Source: an uncultured Dehalococcoidia bacterium (lineage in GTDB: Bacteria; Chloroflexota; Dehalococcoidia; Lucifugimonadales; CATOSD01). Taken from it: 64,000 nucleotides of DNA. The notes below the pieces were generated by a model that did not search any database, was not told the DNA's origin, and saw only the letters and a list, made by a program, of their open reading frames with translations. The DNA lies in NCBI GenBank assembly GCA_951812395.1, contig CATOSD010000002.1, positions 546,442 to 610,441 of the forward strand. The letters run 5' to 3'. The translations under genes and the position numbers were made by a program. How positions within the stretch are numbered: the first letter of the stretch is position 1; each line of letters begins with the position of its first letter. Of the stretch, positions 55,819 through 64,000 are shown in pieces.

Positions 55819-57680
55819 CCCAAATCCACCGCCTAACCGCGGCGGGGGGGGGTGTGGTGGGTTGGCGAGGGTGAATGTGCGTTTTGGGGCCGGTCAGTTG
55901 GCGTGGGGAAGGTCGATGCGACGGTCTGGGGGCGTGAGGCGGTTCCTGAGAGGGTAGTTGGAGGGTTTTGGGCGAGTTTCGGACACGGCGAAGCCGACGA
56001 CTTCGGTTCAGTCGCCTCGAGTGTGGGTGGATTCCTAAGGAGAATCAGGCCCGGAGCGGCGTGTTTGCCAGAGCGTGTATCCTGCGTTGCGCACTCACGA
56101 GCAGGTCATGGGTTGGGTGTCCTCTCGCGAGACGGATGATGAGCCTCCTTGCGTGTCTGACCACTCGCCCCGCAACGCAGATTACGCCGAAGCGCACCGC
56201 CTTCAGACGCTTGCTCACCCACTCTTCCCCCAACACCAGCCGCTTCATCGCTGAGTTCAGATTGAACGCCAACACCACAATCGCCCACCACGCCGCGTTC
56301 GACCCGAACTTCCCCGACGGCAGCCTGCCCCCCGCAAGATCCTCCTTCAGCACCGAATGGACCTCCTCCCCTTTGCCGCACCTCTGCCTGTACCACCGGA
56401 CCAACTCATCCCCAGGCAGCTCTCGGTTCGTCACCATCCCTGTCACTTTGTACAATTTGCCATCCCCCATCTCCATAATGGGAACCGATAGCTTCTCCCC
56501 ATCCATGTCGAACAGCGGCGGGTTCGGCATACGCTCCCTTATCGCGATGAACCTGTAGTCGGGACTGTTCTTGCTGTATCCCGTCCAACTGGTCACGTAG
56601 CACACCTCGGCGTACTGCTGTCTTGTGGCCTCTCGTTGCTCACCCTCTGTCCTGTACAGGTCGTGCCATCCTTCCTCCTCTACCTCACTCACCGCCGCCC
56701 TGAACTCGGCCATCACGTTCACTCCCACACAGAACTCGATCACTCCGAACCGCTCATCCCTTCCCTCGGCGCAGTACTTCAATAGCTCCTTCTGGTAGCC
56801 TGCCGAGTCAGACCTCATCATCACCTTGCTCACCCCGGACGGCAAACACTCCAGCGACTCCTTCAACACCCTGAGCTGTTCGTAGCCCGCGTTCACGTTG
56901 CCGTCTCTGAACTCGGAGTGCACCACAAGGTCCGCCTCATACCAGTAGGTGGTCAACGGCTGGTACGCCTTGTGCTTTTTGTAGCAGAAGCACGCCTGCC
57001 GCTTGTGCGTCCCTATCAGCGTGGCGTCCATGTCCAATGTCGCTTCGGTGTGTCCTGAATGGCCTCCCGCGAACCTCACCAGGTCCGCGTTGACCTTCCC
57101 AAGCCCTCTCAGCGCGTCGTTGGCCGCCGGTATGAACGCCTTGCGAGACCGTCTCCTGGCCTCCTCAGCCTCGTCGTGGAAACGGTCCAGATACCTGAAC
57201 ACCGCCGTGGGCGACGGCACAGTGCGGCTACGCTCCTTACGCCACCTTCTGAGCTGCGCCCTGCGCTCTGCCCGCCGCACCCCGTGAGTCTCCGCGGTGA
57301 GCAGCGCCCTGCCCAGCCCCTCGTCCTTCTCCAGCAGCCGCAGGTCATCCACCGACTCACCACCGGCCAGATTGAGCATCACAAGCGCCGTCACATTCTG
57401 GGCGTCCGTCCACCCCTGTGTGCCCTCTCTCACTCCCACGTGACGGCGCACCGACTGCCCCAGTCGGGCAACAAACGCCAAGTCCAGGTATGCCGGCAAC
57501 CCCGACAACGCCGTCATACCAGTAGACTCGGTCTCCTCTGCGTAGTGGAAAGGAAGCGTTGCTTGCTGCATAATAGTCGCACCTCGTTGGTGATGGGTTG
57601 TTGTTGATAACTACCATCATAGCCGGCTTTACAGCCGGCTCCAACGAGGCCTTCCTTTGCAACTAGGCGGTGGATTTGGG
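55819..57680 (-). mobile_element. IS1380-family insertion sequence
   Basis: Perfect 17-bp terminal inverted repeats CCCAAATCCACCGCCTA (55819-55835) and TAGGCGGTGGATTTGGG (57664-57680). 5-bp direct duplication TTGGT (55814-55818 and 57681-57685). Confidence 0.85.
56045..57571 (-). CDS. IS1380-family DDE transposase
   Basis: 508 aa. N-terminal ..LPFHYAEETESTGMTALSGLPAYLDLA.. and C-terminal ..VAGRVVRHARRLIIRLA.. are typical of IS1380-family transposases. Confidence 0.8.
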   Translation of the reverse strand: MQQATLPFHYAEETESTGMTALSGLPAYLDLAFVARLGQSVRRHVGVREGTQGWTDAQNVTALVMLNLAGGESVDDLRLLEKDEGLGRALLTAETHGVRRAERRAQLRRWRKERSRTVPSPTAVFRYLDRFHDEAEEARRRSRKAFIPAANDALRGLGKVNADLVRFAGGHSGHTEATLDMDATLIGTHKRQACFCYKKHKAYQPLTTYWYEADLVVHSEFRDGNVNAGYEQLRVLKESLECLPSGVSKVMMRSDSAGYQKELLKYCAEGRDERFGVIEFCVGVNVMAEFRAAVSEVEEEGWHDLYRTEGEQREATRQQYAEVCYVTSWTGYSKNSPDYRFIAIRERMPNPPLFDMDGEKLSVPIMEMGDGKLYKVTGMVTNRELPGDELVRWYRQRCGKGEEVHSVLKEDLAGGRLPSGKFGSNAAWWAIVVLAFNLNSAMKRLVLGEEWVSKRLKAVRFGVICVAGRVVRHARRLIIRLARGHPTHDLLVSAQRRIHALANTPLRA

Positions 57681-57693
57681 TTGGTATTGAACC

Positions 57694-57723
57694 TTGAACC
57701 TTGCATCGCCCGTGGTGTAGAAT
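57694..57723 (+). promoter_or_regulatory. putative promoter of the ABC-transporter operon
   Basis: TTGAAC (57694-57699, part of the tandem TTGAACC TTGAACC), 18-nt spacer, TAGAAT (57718-57723), about 85 nt before the ATG at 57807 and only 13 nt from the IS1380 end. Confidence 0.4.
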
Positions 57724-57806
57724 TATTCGCTGTGAACCCTCTATCTGGGCGCGGTTTTTCGCTTGACGGTCAGCCGCGCCGAATGGCCCGCTTTCAAGGC
57801 TAGAGA

Positions 57807-58763
57807 ATGATAGACCTGGACAACGTATCCAAATATTACGGCGACTTTCCGGCCATACAGGAAATCTCGTTCCGAGTGGAAAGGGGCGAGGTGCTGGGGT
57901 TTCTGGGACCCAACGGCGCAGGGAAGTCGACGACGATGAAGATCATCACGGGTTTCCTGCCGCCCACGTCCGGGCGCGCTACGGTTGCCGACTACGACGT
58001 GGTCACCCAATCGGTGGAGGCGCGCCGCCACATTGGCTACCTGCCCGAGACTGTGCCGCTCTACGCCGAAATGTCGGTGCGGGACTACCTGGGCTACATG
58101 GGCCGTCTGCGTGGCATGTCGGCGGCTTACGTGCGAAAGCGCACGGACGACGTTGTGGCCATCTGCCGGCTGGAGGATTACCGGGACTCGCTTATCGGGA
58201 AGCTGTCCAAGGGTTTTCGCCAGCGAGTGGGAATCGCCCAGGCTATACTGCACGAGCCGGACGTCCTTGTGCTCGATGAGCCAACCATCGGAATCGATCC
58301 CGTGCAGGTGGTGGAGACGCGCCAGCTTATCAGAGACCTGGGCGGTGAACACACGCTTATCATTAGCACGCACATTCTGCCCGAGGTGAGCATGATCTGC
58401 GAGCGCGTGATCATCATCCACGAGGGGCAGATAGTGGCCGTGGACAAGCCCGAGAACCTCAGCGCGCGGCTGAGCGGCACGGAGCACGTGGAGGTGGACG
58501 CCAGGGGGCCGCGGCGCGCGGTGACCCAGGCCCTGCAGGGAGTCGAAGGCGTGCGCGAGGTCGAGCAGACCCAGTCCATGGGCGAGGGCGTCTTCAGCTA
58601 CACTATCATTGCCAACCCCGAAGATCGCGTGCCGGCGAGGCTGGCCGAGGCGGTCGTCGGCGGGGGCTGGGAACTGGTGCGGCTGCAGTCCATCGGCATG
58701 ACCCTGGAAGAGATTTTCCTACGGCTGACAACCATCGAAGATGAAGGGGAGACACCGGATTGA
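57807..58763 (+). CDS. ABC transporter ATP-binding protein (GldA-like, ABC-2 type)
   Basis: Walker A GPNGAGKST, signature LSKGFRQR, Walker B VLVLDEP. Confidence 0.92.
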   Translation: MIDLDNVSKYYGDFPAIQEISFRVERGEVLGFLGPNGAGKSTTMKIITGFLPPTSGRATVADYDVVTQSVEARRHIGYLPETVPLYAEMSVRDYLGYMGRLRGMSAAYVRKRTDDVVAICRLEDYRDSLIGKLSKGFRQRVGIAQAILHEPDVLVLDEPTIGIDPVQVVETRQLIRDLGGEHTLIISTHILPEVSMICERVIIIHEGQIVAVDKPENLSARLSGTEHVEVDARGPRRAVTQALQGVEGVREVEQTQSMGEGVFSYTIIANPEDRVPARLAEAVVGGGWELVRLQSIGMTLEEIFLRLTTIEDEGETPD

Positions 58764-59473
58764 GGAACACGCTGACCATAGCTTGGAAGGAGACCAAGCT
58801 ATACTTTTCGACTCCAACGGCCTACATCGTCGGCGCCATGTTTCTCGCCCTTACCGGAGTATTCTTTGTCGACGGCGTAACGCTTCCGTTTGCCGAGGCC
58901 AGCATTCGCAACCTGGTGCTCCGTTCCAGCTTCCTGCTGTTGTTCCTGTCGCCGCTGCTCACGATGCGGCTGCTCGCCGAGGAGCAGAAACTGGGAACGC
59001 TGGAGTTGCTGCTTACGGCGCCGGTCCGCGACTGGGAAGTGGTGATAGGCAAGTACATCGCCAGTTTCCTCATACTGGTGGTGACAGTGGCGCTCACCTT
59101 CTACTACGTGGTGCTGCTGTACTGGTTCGGCTCGCCCGATACGGGACCCATGGTTAGCGCCTACATCGGACTGGTGCTGTACGGCGCCGCCGCCCTGGCC
59201 GTGGGGCTGATGGCCTCGTCGCTGTCTTCCAACCAGATAGTCTCGGCGGTTGTAGGAATCGCTATTTTGCTCATACTCTCCTTCGTCGACCAGATTGGCG
59301 ACGTAGTCACCGGAGTCGCGTCCGAAGTGCTGACAGGGATGTCCATGAACGCCCACTTCGTGGATTTCACGCGAGGCGTGATCGACACCAGCCACGTCGT
59401 CTACTTCATCAGCATCGCGGCGGTGTTCCTATTCCTGACCGTGCGCTCGATCGAGACGCGGAGGTGGCGCTAA
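58760..59473 (+). CDS. ABC-2 type transporter permease (GldF-like)
   Basis: 237-aa six-TM protein overlapping the ATPase stop by 4 nt. Confidence 0.85.
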   Translation: MRNTLTIAWKETKLYFSTPTAYIVGAMFLALTGVFFVDGVTLPFAEASIRNLVLRSSFLLLFLSPLLTMRLLAEEQKLGTLELLLTAPVRDWEVVIGKYIASFLILVVTVALTFYYVVLLYWFGSPDTGPMVSAYIGLVLYGAAALAVGLMASSLSSNQIVSAVVGIAILLILSFVDQIGDVVTGVASEVLTGMSMNAHFVDFTRGVIDTSHVVYFISIAAVFLFLTVRSIETRRWR

Positions 59474-61143
59474 AGATGCGAGGAACCACGAGTCGGTCGG
59501 ACTCCAACCGCGAAATTGTCCTCTCCACCTTAAGATCCGTGGGGTTCTGGAGTGCTGTAGTCGCCATAGTCGGCGCGATATCGATAGTCGGCGGAGGCGT
59601 CCTGTACCTCACCATCGCCGAGCTCGAGAATTTCGCTGTGAGCGTGCTGGTTATCGGCCTGGCGATGCTCCTTCTCGCGCTCGTGCTTTCGCCCCGGTCG
59701 GCGGCAATGTTCCTGGTCGGACGCCGGGGCAGATACGGCTCCAACGTTCTGGTCATGACGCTGGCTTTCTTCGTCATCGCCGTTCTGGTCAACTTCCTGC
59801 TGTTCCGCAGCCCAACGCGCGTCGACATGACCGCGACGCAGGTGTTCACGCTGGCGCCGCAGTCGATAAAGATCCTCGAAGAGCTGGATACCACGGTAAG
59901 GGCCAACGCCTTCTTCACGCCATCCAGCGCGTCCACGGCGGCGGCGCAGCAGCAGGCCAAGGACCTGCTCGACGAGTTTGAGCGGTACAGCAACAACTTC
60001 GTCTCCCGCTTCATCGACCCGGAGGTGAGACGCTCGCTCGCCGAGCAGTACAACGTTACCGAGTATCCCGCGGTGGTATTCGAGGACGTGACCCGCGGTG
60101 TTCAGCAACACGTCACATCCCTTACGGAGCAGGGCTTCGTTACCGGCATACTGGTGGCGACGGGCGTGGAACAGAAGGTTGTCTACTACCTTACGGGCCA
60201 CCAGGAAGCCGCCATAACCAGGGACCCAGGCAACGATCAGATCGCTGAGACAGGCTTCGACTTCGCCATCCAGGGTATGCAGCGCGACAACTACGTGGTG
60301 CTTCCACTCAATCTGACGCAGTTCGGGCTGATCCCCGACAACGCGGCCGTGCTGGTCATCGCTGGGCCGAGGCAGGACCTGAGCGATGACGAGGCGCAGA
60401 TTCTGACGGACTACATTGTAAGCGGGGGCCGCGTTGTCGCGCTATTCGACCCGGCGACGCCCGAATCGTTCGTCCGGCTGCTGGGCCTGTGGGGCCAGAC
60501 ACTCGGCCAGCACAGCGTGGCTGACGCGGTGAGCAACGTGGCGGGGCAGGATCTTACGCCGCTCGCCCAGCAGGCGAACTCCCAGTACGTGCCGGATAGC
60601 GTCGCCGAGCGGGCCGGCATAGGGATCACTTCCCAGCTAGACGTGACCTTCTTCCCAGGCGTGACATCCATCAACACAGCCATCAATCCCAACGACTTTC
60701 CTCCCCACGTACAGGTCGTGCCCCTGGTGATTTCGACGCCCGTAAGTTGGCTCGAAACCAACCCCGAACAGGCGAGTTTCGAGTCGGACGAGGACATACC
60801 CGGCCCGTTCAACCTCGCCGTAGTCATCACAGGCAGGGCAACCGTCGCCCAAACCCCGCAGGAGGCGTTGGGCTACCCGGAACTGAAACTGGTCGTGTTC
60901 GGAGACTCCGACTTCGCGCGCAACAAGTACTTCTTCAGCAGCGACAATGCGGACCTTCTGCTCAACTCGGTGAACTGGCTGGCCGAGGATTACGATCTCA
61001 TCTCGATTCGGCCCAAGCTGATACCCCTCAGGGAACTGGTACTGAACAAGCGAGAGCGTGAGTTCGTGAAGTGGTCGGGCTGGTTCCTCCCGCCAGCCAT
61101 AATGCTTCTCATGGGCGGCTACGTCTGGTGGAGAAGGCGCTGA
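59464..61143 (+). CDS. GldG-family ABC-transport auxiliary protein
   Basis: 559 aa with N- and C-terminal TM anchors, a large periplasmic body and the typical ..VVFGDSDFARN.. region. Confidence 0.8.
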   Translation: MALKMRGTTSRSDSNREIVLSTLRSVGFWSAVVAIVGAISIVGGGVLYLTIAELENFAVSVLVIGLAMLLLALVLSPRSAAMFLVGRRGRYGSNVLVMTLAFFVIAVLVNFLLFRSPTRVDMTATQVFTLAPQSIKILEELDTTVRANAFFTPSSASTAAAQQQAKDLLDEFERYSNNFVSRFIDPEVRRSLAEQYNVTEYPAVVFEDVTRGVQQHVTSLTEQGFVTGILVATGVEQKVVYYLTGHQEAAITRDPGNDQIAETGFDFAIQGMQRDNYVVLPLNLTQFGLIPDNAAVLVIAGPRQDLSDDEAQILTDYIVSGGRVVALFDPATPESFVRLLGLWGQTLGQHSVADAVSNVAGQDLTPLAQQANSQYVPDSVAERAGIGITSQLDVTFFPGVTSINTAINPNDFPPHVQVVPLVISTPVSWLETNPEQASFESDEDIPGPFNLAVVITGRATVAQTPQEALGYPELKLVVFGDSDFARNKYFFSSDNADLLLNSVNWLAEDYDLISIRPKLIPLRELVLNKREREFVKWSGWFLPPAIMLLMGGYVWWRRR

Positions 61144-61156
61144 CGCGGCGGACCCG

Positions 61157-62269
61157 ATGAACGTTCGAGTTACAATTGCTCTGGTCGTGGCGGCGATCGC
61201 GGTCGGTGTGGTCGTCTACATCAATCCTTTCCAGTCCGAGCCGGAACCGGTGGACGACTCACCTTGGTTCTTCCAGCTCGCCGAAGAGGACATTCAGTCC
61301 ATCGAGGTGATACACCGCGTCACGGACGGGCAGACCGTCGAGACCGTCAGTTTCGTGAAAACCAGCCCGGAGCACTACCTCTGGGAGTTCGTCGAGCCTG
61401 AGGGTGTCCCGCCGGACCGCAACCGGTGGGGCGGCATTACTCTGCTGCTCAGCGGCCCAAAGACGCGCCGCGACCTGACGCCGCAGAACGTAATCATCGA
61501 AGACCCTGCGGAGTACGGCCTGGACGATCCGGCGACGGTGGTTAAGGTGGGCCTCACCCTCGACAGGGACCTCGAGTTCCGGTTGGGCCACGAGACAACG
61601 GACGGTTTCCACCATTACGGCCAGGTGATCGGGTTTCCGCAGCTCTTCATCATCGCCGACTCCTGGGGCGACGTAATCGCGCGCCTTGCCGTCGAACCTC
61701 CCATACCCCGCTGGTACGTGGAGCACACCTCCGAGGACATCGTCGAAGTCAACGTACACGACGGACCGCGATTTGACGACGAAACGCAGACACTGACGTT
61801 CGACTACGACGACGAAGACGGATGGACGGTGCAGCTACGGAACGTCGATGAGGACAAGAGGCCGATTGACACCGAGCGCTGGGCCGAGGTGCAGAAGCTG
61901 TTGGGCAGGCCCCTGGGCGTGGCAGTGGCCGTGCCGTTCGTGGACGACCGGGACACCACTCCCTGGGGCGTAGGTGACGACTCGCGAGTCATCGAGATCC
62001 GCTTCCCGGGCACCAGCCAGGGCGACGTCGACTTCACCGACGGCGACACCTACATGATCGGCAACAGGGTGGAATGCGAAGACGACGCGAATGTGCCGGT
62101 CCCCTGCGAGAACGGCGTAGTGGTGGCGGGACAAGACCGCTACTATGTCCAGCGCATTTCAGACCACCTCATCAACCCCATCCTCTACGTGGACGCCATT
62201 TGGGTGGACACGCTGTTTGCCTTGTTCGACGACATCCCCTACGGCGAGGAACCGGCCTCCGAGGGTTAG
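61157..62269 (+). CDS. DUF4340-like protein, usual partner of GldG-type systems
   Basis: 370 aa with an N-terminal TM anchor. Position directly after the GldG-like gene. Family call is tentative. Confidence 0.6.
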   Translation: MNVRVTIALVVAAIAVGVVVYINPFQSEPEPVDDSPWFFQLAEEDIQSIEVIHRVTDGQTVETVSFVKTSPEHYLWEFVEPEGVPPDRNRWGGITLLLSGPKTRRDLTPQNVIIEDPAEYGLDDPATVVKVGLTLDRDLEFRLGHETTDGFHHYGQVIGFPQLFIIADSWGDVIARLAVEPPIPRWYVEHTSEDIVEVNVHDGPRFDDETQTLTFDYDDEDGWTVQLRNVDEDKRPIDTERWAEVQKLLGRPLGVAVAVPFVDDRDTTPWGVGDDSRVIEIRFPGTSQGDVDFTDGDTYMIGNRVECEDDANVPVPCENGVVVAGQDRYYVQRISDHLINPILYVDAIWVDTLFALFDDIPYGEEPASEG

Positions 62270-62444
62270 GTGCGACCGCCCAGACATGTCATTCTCAGCC
62301 CAGTTCCGCACGTCATTCTGAGTTTGTCGAAGAATCTTGGGCGCCTGTGTCCAAAGTCTGTTTGGCGTCGCCACACCTGCCAGATCGCCTCGGTTTAAGA
62401 TTCCTCGGCCACGCTCGGTATGACATCGTGATAGGAGGCGCCCC

Positions 62445-63716
62445 TTGAACGCCGAAATCATCGCCATTGGCACCGAAATCCTGTTCGGTGAGATCGTAGA
62501 CACCAACTCGGCCTATATGGCCTCCGAGCTCGCCAAGCTGGGCATCGAGGTACACTGGGTTTCCAAAGTCGGCGACCACCCCGACAGGCTGTACGAGACG
62601 ATCGACCGCGCCTGGCGCCGCGCCGACGTAACCATAACTTCCGGCGGCTTGGGCCCTACGTCCGACGACCTGACGCGCGAGAGCGTCGCGAGGGTGATGG
62701 GCGAGGAGATGGAGGTGCAGGACGACCTCCTGCGCCATCTGGAGGGCATTTTCGCGGGACGCGGCGGCGGGATGCCCGCCACCAACATCAAGCAGGCAAC
62801 GCTGATACCGTCGGCGGAGGCCATCTCCAACCCCATGGGCACGGCGCCCGGCTGGTGGGTCGACAGGGGCGGCCACGTAATCGTGTGCACACCGGGCCCG
62901 CCGCGTGAACTCGAGCGCATGTGGACCTATGAGATAGCCCCCAAGCTCCGGCAGATCAACCCTGACGTCGCCATCGTGACCCGCACGCTAAAGACGTTCG
63001 GCATATCCGAGGGGGGCCTCGACGAGATGCTGACCCCGCTCTTTCAGAGCGAAAACCCAGAACTCGGCATCTACTCCAAGCAGGACGGCATCCACCTGCG
63101 CGCAATAGCGACCGCGGGAACGGAGAGCGAGGCGGCCCGGTTGATCGAACCCATGGAGTCGGAGATCCGGTCTATCGTCGGCGACGACGCCGTGTGGGGC
63201 GTGGACGACGAGACCCCAGAGTCTCAGGTGGCCGCGTTTCTTGCGGAGAGGGGAGAGACGCTCGCAGTCATGGAGAACTTCACGGGCGGGCTGCTGGCGA
63301 GTACGCTGGCCGAGATTCCCGAGAGCCGAGGCTTCCTACGTGGCGGCATCGTGCTGTTCGGAGACGAGCAGCTCGAGGACCACGGAGTGGACGCCGCCCT
63401 TGTTGCCGAGCACGACGCCGCAAGCGGTCCGGTCGCCGAGGCGATGGCGCGGGCGGCGCGGCGCACGTTCGGCGCGGACTACGGCATAAGCGTGACCGGT
63501 AATGTTACCCGGCCCACGCCCACCAGTGGCCCCCTGGGAACATCGCACGTGGGATTCGCGCTGCGCCGGGGCGCGACCTCAACGGCGGGACGGTATCCTA
63601 CCAATCTCCGAAGGATCAGGGCGCGCGCCGTGACGCACGCGCTCCTGGAGTTTCTGCGCCACGCCTCGGAAGGCCCGCCGCGTCAGGGCGGACGCCGCAG
63701 GATGTTCGGCCGCTAG
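62445..63716 (+). CDS. cinA: CinA-family competence/damage-inducible protein (MoCF-binding + nicotinamide-nucleotide amidase domains)
   Basis: TTG start after GGAGG. MNAEIIAIGTEILFGEIVDTNS.. ..ITSGGLGPTSDDLTRE.. plus a CinA C-terminal domain. Confidence 0.9.
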   Translation: MNAEIIAIGTEILFGEIVDTNSAYMASELAKLGIEVHWVSKVGDHPDRLYETIDRAWRRADVTITSGGLGPTSDDLTRESVARVMGEEMEVQDDLLRHLEGIFAGRGGGMPATNIKQATLIPSAEAISNPMGTAPGWWVDRGGHVIVCTPGPPRELERMWTYEIAPKLRQINPDVAIVTRTLKTFGISEGGLDEMLTPLFQSENPELGIYSKQDGIHLRAIATAGTESEAARLIEPMESEIRSIVGDDAVWGVDDETPESQVAAFLAERGETLAVMENFTGGLLASTLAEIPESRGFLRGGIVLFGDEQLEDHGVDAALVAEHDAASGPVAEAMARAARRTFGADYGISVTGNVTRPTPTSGPLGTSHVGFALRRGATSTAGRYPTNLRRIRARAVTHALLEFLRHASEGPPRQGGRRRMFGR

Positions 63717-64000
63717 CTCCCCGGCGCCGGCGCTGGCAGCGGAAAGTACTCCGCCACCGGTATCTCGATGACGCACGGCCTGCCCTGCGCCAGCGCGTCG
63801 GAAACGGCCTCGCCGATGTCCGACGCTCGCTCCACGTAGTAGCCCCTTGCCCCGTACACCTCGGCAAGCTTGTCGAACCGCGGGTTTTGCAGGTCCACGC
63901 CGATGTAGCGCTCGTCGTAGTTGCGCATCTGCTGCGCCTTCTCCGCTCCGTGGCAGCTATTGTTCAGCACAATGCTCACGAGCGGAATGTTCCAGCGCAC
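63713..64000 (-). CDS. thiamine-pyrophosphate-dependent enzyme, C-terminal fragment (gene continues beyond the window)
   Basis: ..IPLVSIVLNNSCHGAEK.. and ..GRPCVIEIPV.. match the C-terminal TPP-binding domain of the acetolactate-synthase-like family. The 5' part lies outside the window. Confidence 0.75.
   Translation of the reverse strand: MRWNIPLVSIVLNNSCHGAEKAQQMRNYDERYIGVDLQNPRFDKLAEVYGARGYYVERASDIGEAVSDALAQGRPCVIEIPVAEYFPLPAPAPGS

Overview
High-GC bacterial chromosomal window with about 50 protein-coding genes, read by eye only (no searches run). Most are housekeeping or metabolic: SulP permease, ROK kinase, GGT, FtsY, Pth, MoaA, PPDK, CofE, TenA, CinA, an ABC-F ATPase, a GldA/F/G-like ABC system and an acyl-CoA operon. 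A Chlor_Arch_YYY-type membrane protein and F420-linked genes (cofE, PPOX-class) suggest a Chloroflexota-like host; this is inference. The top candidate is a translationally coupled three-gene operon at 38.7-45.3 kb: a HEPN-DUF499 P-loop ATPase, a DUF1156 DPPY methyltransferase and a small GIY-YIG nuclease. It looks like a compact methylation-linked defence system and is flanked by vapBC and a MITE-like element. Other accessory or unusual content:
- a visibly AT-richer Dam-like methylase plus an unassigned partner ORF (48.4-50.4 kb), a likely R-M module
- a decayed IS5 element carrying a nested IS5-family IS, both with clean target-site duplications
- an IS1380-family element with a 5-bp duplication
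- a 40-nt REP-like hairpin repeat present in at least 8 intergenic copies
- a conserved promoter-like box plus leader block repeated upstream of three unrelated minus-strand genes
- an in-frame RNase HI-MoaC fusion
No rRNA, tRNA or CRISPR array could be supported by eye.
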